DNA from: Phallusia mammillata
Taxonomy: Eukaryota
Assembly (NCBI GenBank): GCA_965637545.1
Contig: OZ281495.1
Span: 12,276,001 to 12,340,000, forward strand
Length of the DNA stretch: 64,000 nt
Reading direction: 5' to 3'
Of this stretch, positions 56,659-64,000 are shown one piece after another (positions within the stretch are counted from its first letter, which is position 1; each line of letters opens with the position of its first letter). The notes under the pieces are model-generated. The model was not told where the DNA came from, made no database searches, and was given only the letters and a program-made list of their open reading frames with translations. A program made the translations under genes and the position numbers.

Positions 56659-58800
56659 ATTATGGAGATCCACGCAAGCATTAGTAGATATCATTTGTTT
56701 GACATTCTACCACAAAAATAAAATGCTGCGAATGTACATGTGTAATTAAAGAAAAAAAAATTTTTTTCTGTGCGAAGTTTGTGGCTTTAATTGTAAACAT
56801 GTAAGTGTTTACAGGTAAAGTTGGACAAATTTAAGGCCAAACGATTATACAGTCAATGCCGTTTGAAATGAGAAGAGATTCTTCGGTCGAAGGCATTGAA
56901 TGAGTACCACCCATCTAGTGACATATCAAACAAAATGGCGTCGTAACCTGTAGTCATTTTAATCCGTCGTAGTATCGGTCTATCTTTGATATTCCATGTG
57001 TAATTTCGATCAATTATCTGGAAAACATAGCCCAAGGTACGTTTAAGAATGTTGGAGTAATTAAAAAAAAACAATTTTCAAATGTTTTTAGACAAATTTA
57101 ACTCTACTTATTGTACCGACCCTTTAAAGTTTGAAACCAGGCTTGTTGTTTTTTCTGACTGACTTTTTCTCATCAGTTATCAGGACTAGTTAAATGTATA
57201 ATACTTTAAACTTGGGAAGGCCCTAATACTAAAGTACAACGCAACGTGAACAGGTTACAAATATTTGTTGTAATTAAAGGAGCATTTAATTGTATTTTTT
57301 GTGAGTCCAGTTACGAAACTGAAAAAAAAAAACGAAAAACAGGAACATAGGTTTGTTTATTAGGTGAAATTAAACAAAACTTCTGACTGTAAAATAGCCA
57401 CCTGTTGTATTCGGGATGAACCAAGTTAGACCACATTTTCCCTCTTTACAAGCTGTTACAATTACGGCAGGCAAATTCAAATACGTAATTACAAAGAAAC
57501 AAACAATGTCTTGTAGCTTGGATCAGTCTACGCAAGTTAATCTGATAAAACCTTACTATATGTAAAAGTGCTGGATTCTGACTACACTCGCCTGAGGGCA
57601 AATCATGGCTTGCCGAAGCTATCAAACCATTTTCAACGCAAAAAAGCAAAGTTAAGAAATTGTTTGAAATTACATTGAATTAACAACATATTGCGTCGAC
57701 TTTATTTAATTTTAAATCAAACTCGAATCACGTTTTGCCATTTTTTATGGAAGACAGAATATCTATGGTACGATCCCACGCAAAATTTACATTGAAAATT
57801 GATACCAGGTAATATAGCCAGACAATTACAACTTGTGCTTATTAAAGGCTGTTCTTGGTCACGTTTGTGTCTATATACCGCTCGTGGGTAGATTGCGTAA
57901 CACTAACGCTTCAACTTTTGGCTTTCTTATTCTGTCTGTTCCTTGTGCCGACCACGCAGTGTATTGCAATCACGCAAGGTCATTTTTGTATTACCCAAAC
58001 CCTCACAACGGTAAATAGCAACGATTTTATTGACTTGAATAAACTCTTTGGTCAACTTGATTTATTTTTTTCCTAAAGTCATATCACGATGCAGTGTTAA
58101 TTTGACCTGGAGGCAGAATATCTTAAACCCAATCCCACCAAAATTTGCATAAAATTCCGTATCAGGCGATACAGCACAAAAAGACGCCACGGTATTGTAT
58201 CTTTACTGCCAATAATATCTTTTTTCACAGAGCCCAGTTATTTGAGTTAACAGCAAGACTGGTATAGGGTTAGGAACTAAATTAAACCTTAGAAACCCAG
58301 GAAGTTGGTTTCATTGTTATTGTAAAACCTCACCCCAACCCTAATAGCCCAACCTGTCTGCATTTGTATACAATTTAATTTAATTGTTTTTAATTTAAAA
58401 ACTACATTTAAATGCGAAATTACGTTGCCATAGCGCAGTGCGACGTGGAGTTAAGATTATCATGCATCTACCACGGTTTTAAGGGTGCAAAAACATAATC
58501 AATAAACGCTTAAATTACGGTAAAATTTGTAGTGTTTTATATCACATTGCTTCAGAATGATAATTTAGTTATTTTTCGCTTCAGAAGAAAGGTTTTCGAC
58601 TTCTGATTTTGAGACAAAGGTGTTGTTATGTTTGCAAAACAAGCGAAATCCTCAGTATCAGAAACAAATATGTTTTCTTAAATCTGTTTAAGTGGTTTTT
58701 TTTTGCACAAAACAAACATCTGTACATTCGCAGCATTTTATTTTTGTGGTAGAATGTCAAACAAAGGATATCTACTGATGCTTGCGAGGATCTCCTTAAT

Positions 58801-60771
<1,971 letters not shown>

Positions 60772-61570
60772 GTAAAATTGTCAATTTCCTTTACTTTTTA
60801 TCGATATAAACTAAAATAGTTTCTTGTAGATAACAAAGTTTACATTAAATTAAACCGCTTTTTGGCAGTTTGTAAAACGGACAAACTTTAATGTCAATAC
60901 AAATACTAGTTATACCAGTTTACATGCGTTTTGGCGATAAGGTGGAGTATTATTCCCCATCACGCTTTCCTCCGCTTAAACTCCTTAAAGATTGAATTTA
61001 AACCCAAGCATTTCGGGTGAAGTCTAAATTCCGACTTGACTCTTTGCTGTCTTGCGCTGGCCTTATATAGCGAGTTTCAGTGTGATTGCAACACATGTTT
61101 CACAATATTTAAATCGAAATTATTTAATGACATAATCCAGCACCCAACGCTAGTATTATAGGTATACGTGTGTAGCTAAATTGAACCTTTAACAATAACA
61201 TGTTGTCATTGTTCAGCTCTACCGCCTGGTACGGACATTTATGCAAATATTGCGTGAAATTGGGTTTCAGATATTCGGCCTCCCGGTGCAGAAAATACTA
61301 AATCGTGACATGCGTTATGCAAAACATTACTTAAAATTGACCATAGATGTTATATGAGTCTCTATAATTGTTTTGTTAAGATAGTTGTTTACCGTTGTGC
61401 GGGTTTAGCACAAACCAAAATCTATGATCTGCCCTCAGGCGGATAGGCAGTTGATTAGTTGCACAACATTCTGCGTTATATTTTTATCAGCTCCATTTGC
61501 GTAGGCTGAGCCAAACAGCGAAAATGCGTTTATTAGAGAATGCCGCTATTGTTATATCCACATTATAGGG

Positions 61571-61857
61571 CAGTGGTTCTCAACTCGTTTCAGGCCATGG
61601 ACCACCGGCCCAGTAAAAATAATATCGTTGACCATTTCATTTTTGAGCAAGTTTGAAGTACGCATGCGAAACGACCATTTGGGCTTGAAACATAATTCTT
61701 TAAAACCGATTTTCAAGAAGTGAGATAAAATTATTACCAGCTAACATTTTGATACTCTTTCAACATGTAATATGCAATTATCTCTAGTTTATCACTTAAT
61801 TTAGTGGACCACTCTAAAAGTCATCGTGGTCCATGGACCACCAGTTGGGAACCACTG
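61571..61857. mobile_element. hAT MITE
   Basis: TIRs CAGTGGTTCTCAACT / AGTTGGGAACCACTG; perfect 8-bp TSD TTATAGGG. Confidence 0.9.
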
Positions 61858-64000
61858 TTATAGGGACTATACTATTAAACATATTGTTGCTGACAGATAT
61901 AAATGGTTTTAACATACTGAAACAATACCACAGGCCGAGAAATATGACGAAACTCACATTTAATATAAGACACACGTTATACCACAAAAAAGGCAACTAC
62001 ACACAACTTTTGCTTGACACAACGTTACCCGAAGACGCCATTTTGTTTAATATCTTGCGACAGTTTGCAAGGGCAACAACATCAGCATGATGAAGGTTTG
62101 TGCTTAAATTTGGTCGCTAGAAGCGGGAAAACATCACGATTGGCACCAGGTCGTTTGTCGGATGTTATTTGATTGTTAAAATCGAAAATATGGCACCTCA
62201 TTCGTATTTACATTTTGAACTGAATTGTCACAAAACATTAGTTGCAGAAACAAACTAATATTTTATTGATAGTTTTCCAATGTAAACTTTTATGTTTCTG
62301 TTCAATAGCGTTGAAATTTTAATAGGAAAGATACCTAAACACTTGAACTTGGGACATGTTGTTCTATGACGTCAGGTATGCTGTTGTAGGAAAACTTTAA
62401 TGAAACTTTGTCAGTTAAACTTCTTCTGTAAGAGTTATACAACCATTGTTGCGTTGTCGTTACAGCTTGAACGTTACTATAAACGCACTTAGTTTATCAA
62501 TATCAAAAATTGTTGATTGAGGTGATGTTTATTTTTTTATATCGTAGCATTTTTGCTGCGGTCCCAATCAAATATCGTGGTAGGTTTGTCTCAGTAAAAC
62601 GATAGCGGGAGTCAACAGATAAAAAATGATGATTATTTGTATACGAAAGTATTTTCACCACAACATGTAGAATGAATAAATATCGTCAGATTACCTCGCA
62701 GACTAAGAATAAAGTAATTATTCTCACATAATCGCCCGAATTCTTTTGTTTCGTTTCATTTAACAAAGATTTTTATCTCGCTGAAAAACTCATTGAAAGG
62801 ACAAAATTTCAAAACTCATACTTATTAAGCCGTACGGTCAGACAATACGTCGAATTAAAACAACACTTTATAAGCTTTTTGCATATTATCTATTTTAGTC
62901 TTTGGTGGCCTAGACATCACGGTGCCCGCGAGGCAAACTTGCCAAAAATGGCGTTCGAATGTGTCATCGCGGTGTGCAGTAGCCTTACTGTGTATTATTT
63001 TCGGCATATTTATCGAATAATTACCCTGTATAGTATTGTATAAATATAGCAAAGTCAATTTAAAATTAATTTTTCCTCAAATTAATATTCAAAGTATTCA
63101 CAAAAAAATCGTGTTAATTGCAGTAATCAGAAACGATTACTGATGGGTTTAGGTTTAAACTACAGGCCATATTTTCGCTTAGGACTTTACCACGTTATGT
63201 CCAGTCATATATGCTGTATGGATTGGACAACGTTTTAACTTGTAAAGGACATAATACTATAGCAAAATGTATTTACTCTTACGTGTTTAAATTACAATTT
63301 TAAATGTGCGTTAAATATAGTGATTTATTTGATCAAACAGATACATGGATCCCTTATTTTGAGTTCAAATGAGAAGAACTTCCGAAGTTTAATTAAATGC
63401 ATTTGGAACAGTCTGATTTTTAAAAAAAAGCTCCCTAAAAGCAGGTTCAAACATTTGCCGTCAATTCCAATAAAGAACTTTTGCTGATTGGTTCAGCCTA
63501 CGGTTACCAACCCGATAAAAATTCTCAAAAGGTGGTGTAATAGACATTCCTACTAATCGCTTAAGGGCAAGTCATATAGCTTATAATTTAATGCTGAACC
63601 AAAACAAAATAAAATCTTTGTTGGACTTGATTGAATGGGTTTCTAAACTCATATCACGATGCAGTGTTATCTTGAACTGGAGGCACGTATATCTTAAACA
63701 CAAATCCACGCAACAGTTGGCTAAAATTCTGTATCAGGCGATGCTGCTTAAAAAGACAACATGCTACTGTTAAGAAGCGTTTTTTAGTTACACTGACGCT
63801 TATACCAGCGTACGCTGTGAGATTATGTCACCCACGCCTTTCGGTTAAATATTTTTTAAAACGTGTCTTGCAAGCATTTCATTTCTCAATATATCGAAAG
63901 CGCCCGACATAATATAGCTATGAGTCGAAATCGAAATTCAGCCGAAATGGTTAGGTTTGAGTTCAATCTTCAGGCGGAAATTGCGTGTTGGGGCACAATA

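Noticed and set aside
57833-58076. Hydrophobic signal-like ORF between P5 and P6
   Set aside because: There is no in-frame ATG and no downstream exons were identified.

Overview
AT-rich eukaryotic (animal) genomic DNA with short GT-AG introns, so most entries in the ORF track are single exons or spurious. Gene content and repeat types suggest an invertebrate chordate such as an ascidian (inference only). I rebuilt spliced gene models by hand and checked splice sites, phases and reading frames. The window holds three tandem gene families. (1) 1-19.9 kb, minus strand: four paralogous type-I membrane receptor genes (signal peptide - atypical V-like Ig - Sushi/CCP - Ig - Cys-less Ig - TM - Tyr-motif tail). 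Two are complete (520 and 517 aa), one is cut by the window edge and one is a pseudogene. Their membrane-distal domain varies in three CDR-like loops, and the tail motif differs between paralogs (YMDM vs ITIM-like SRYINV). (2) 21.4-26.4 kb: three insect-AANAT-like GNAT acetyltransferases, two with mitochondrial-presequence-like extensions and one with a single nonsense codon. (3) 30.2-60.8 kb: six trypsin-family protease genes, including one with catalytic Ser195 replaced by Cys (GDCGGP) and one fused to a ~280-aa, 36-Cys N-terminal region with vanabin-like Cys spacing. Mobile elements: an inverted Penelope fragment, a four-level nest (hAT > hAT > Harbinger-like > MULE MITE), a degenerate Kolobok, a 2-kb non-autonomous LTR element with a tRNA-Trp PBS, and hAT MITEs. 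The receptor array is the best candidate for an undescribed recognition or immune system.
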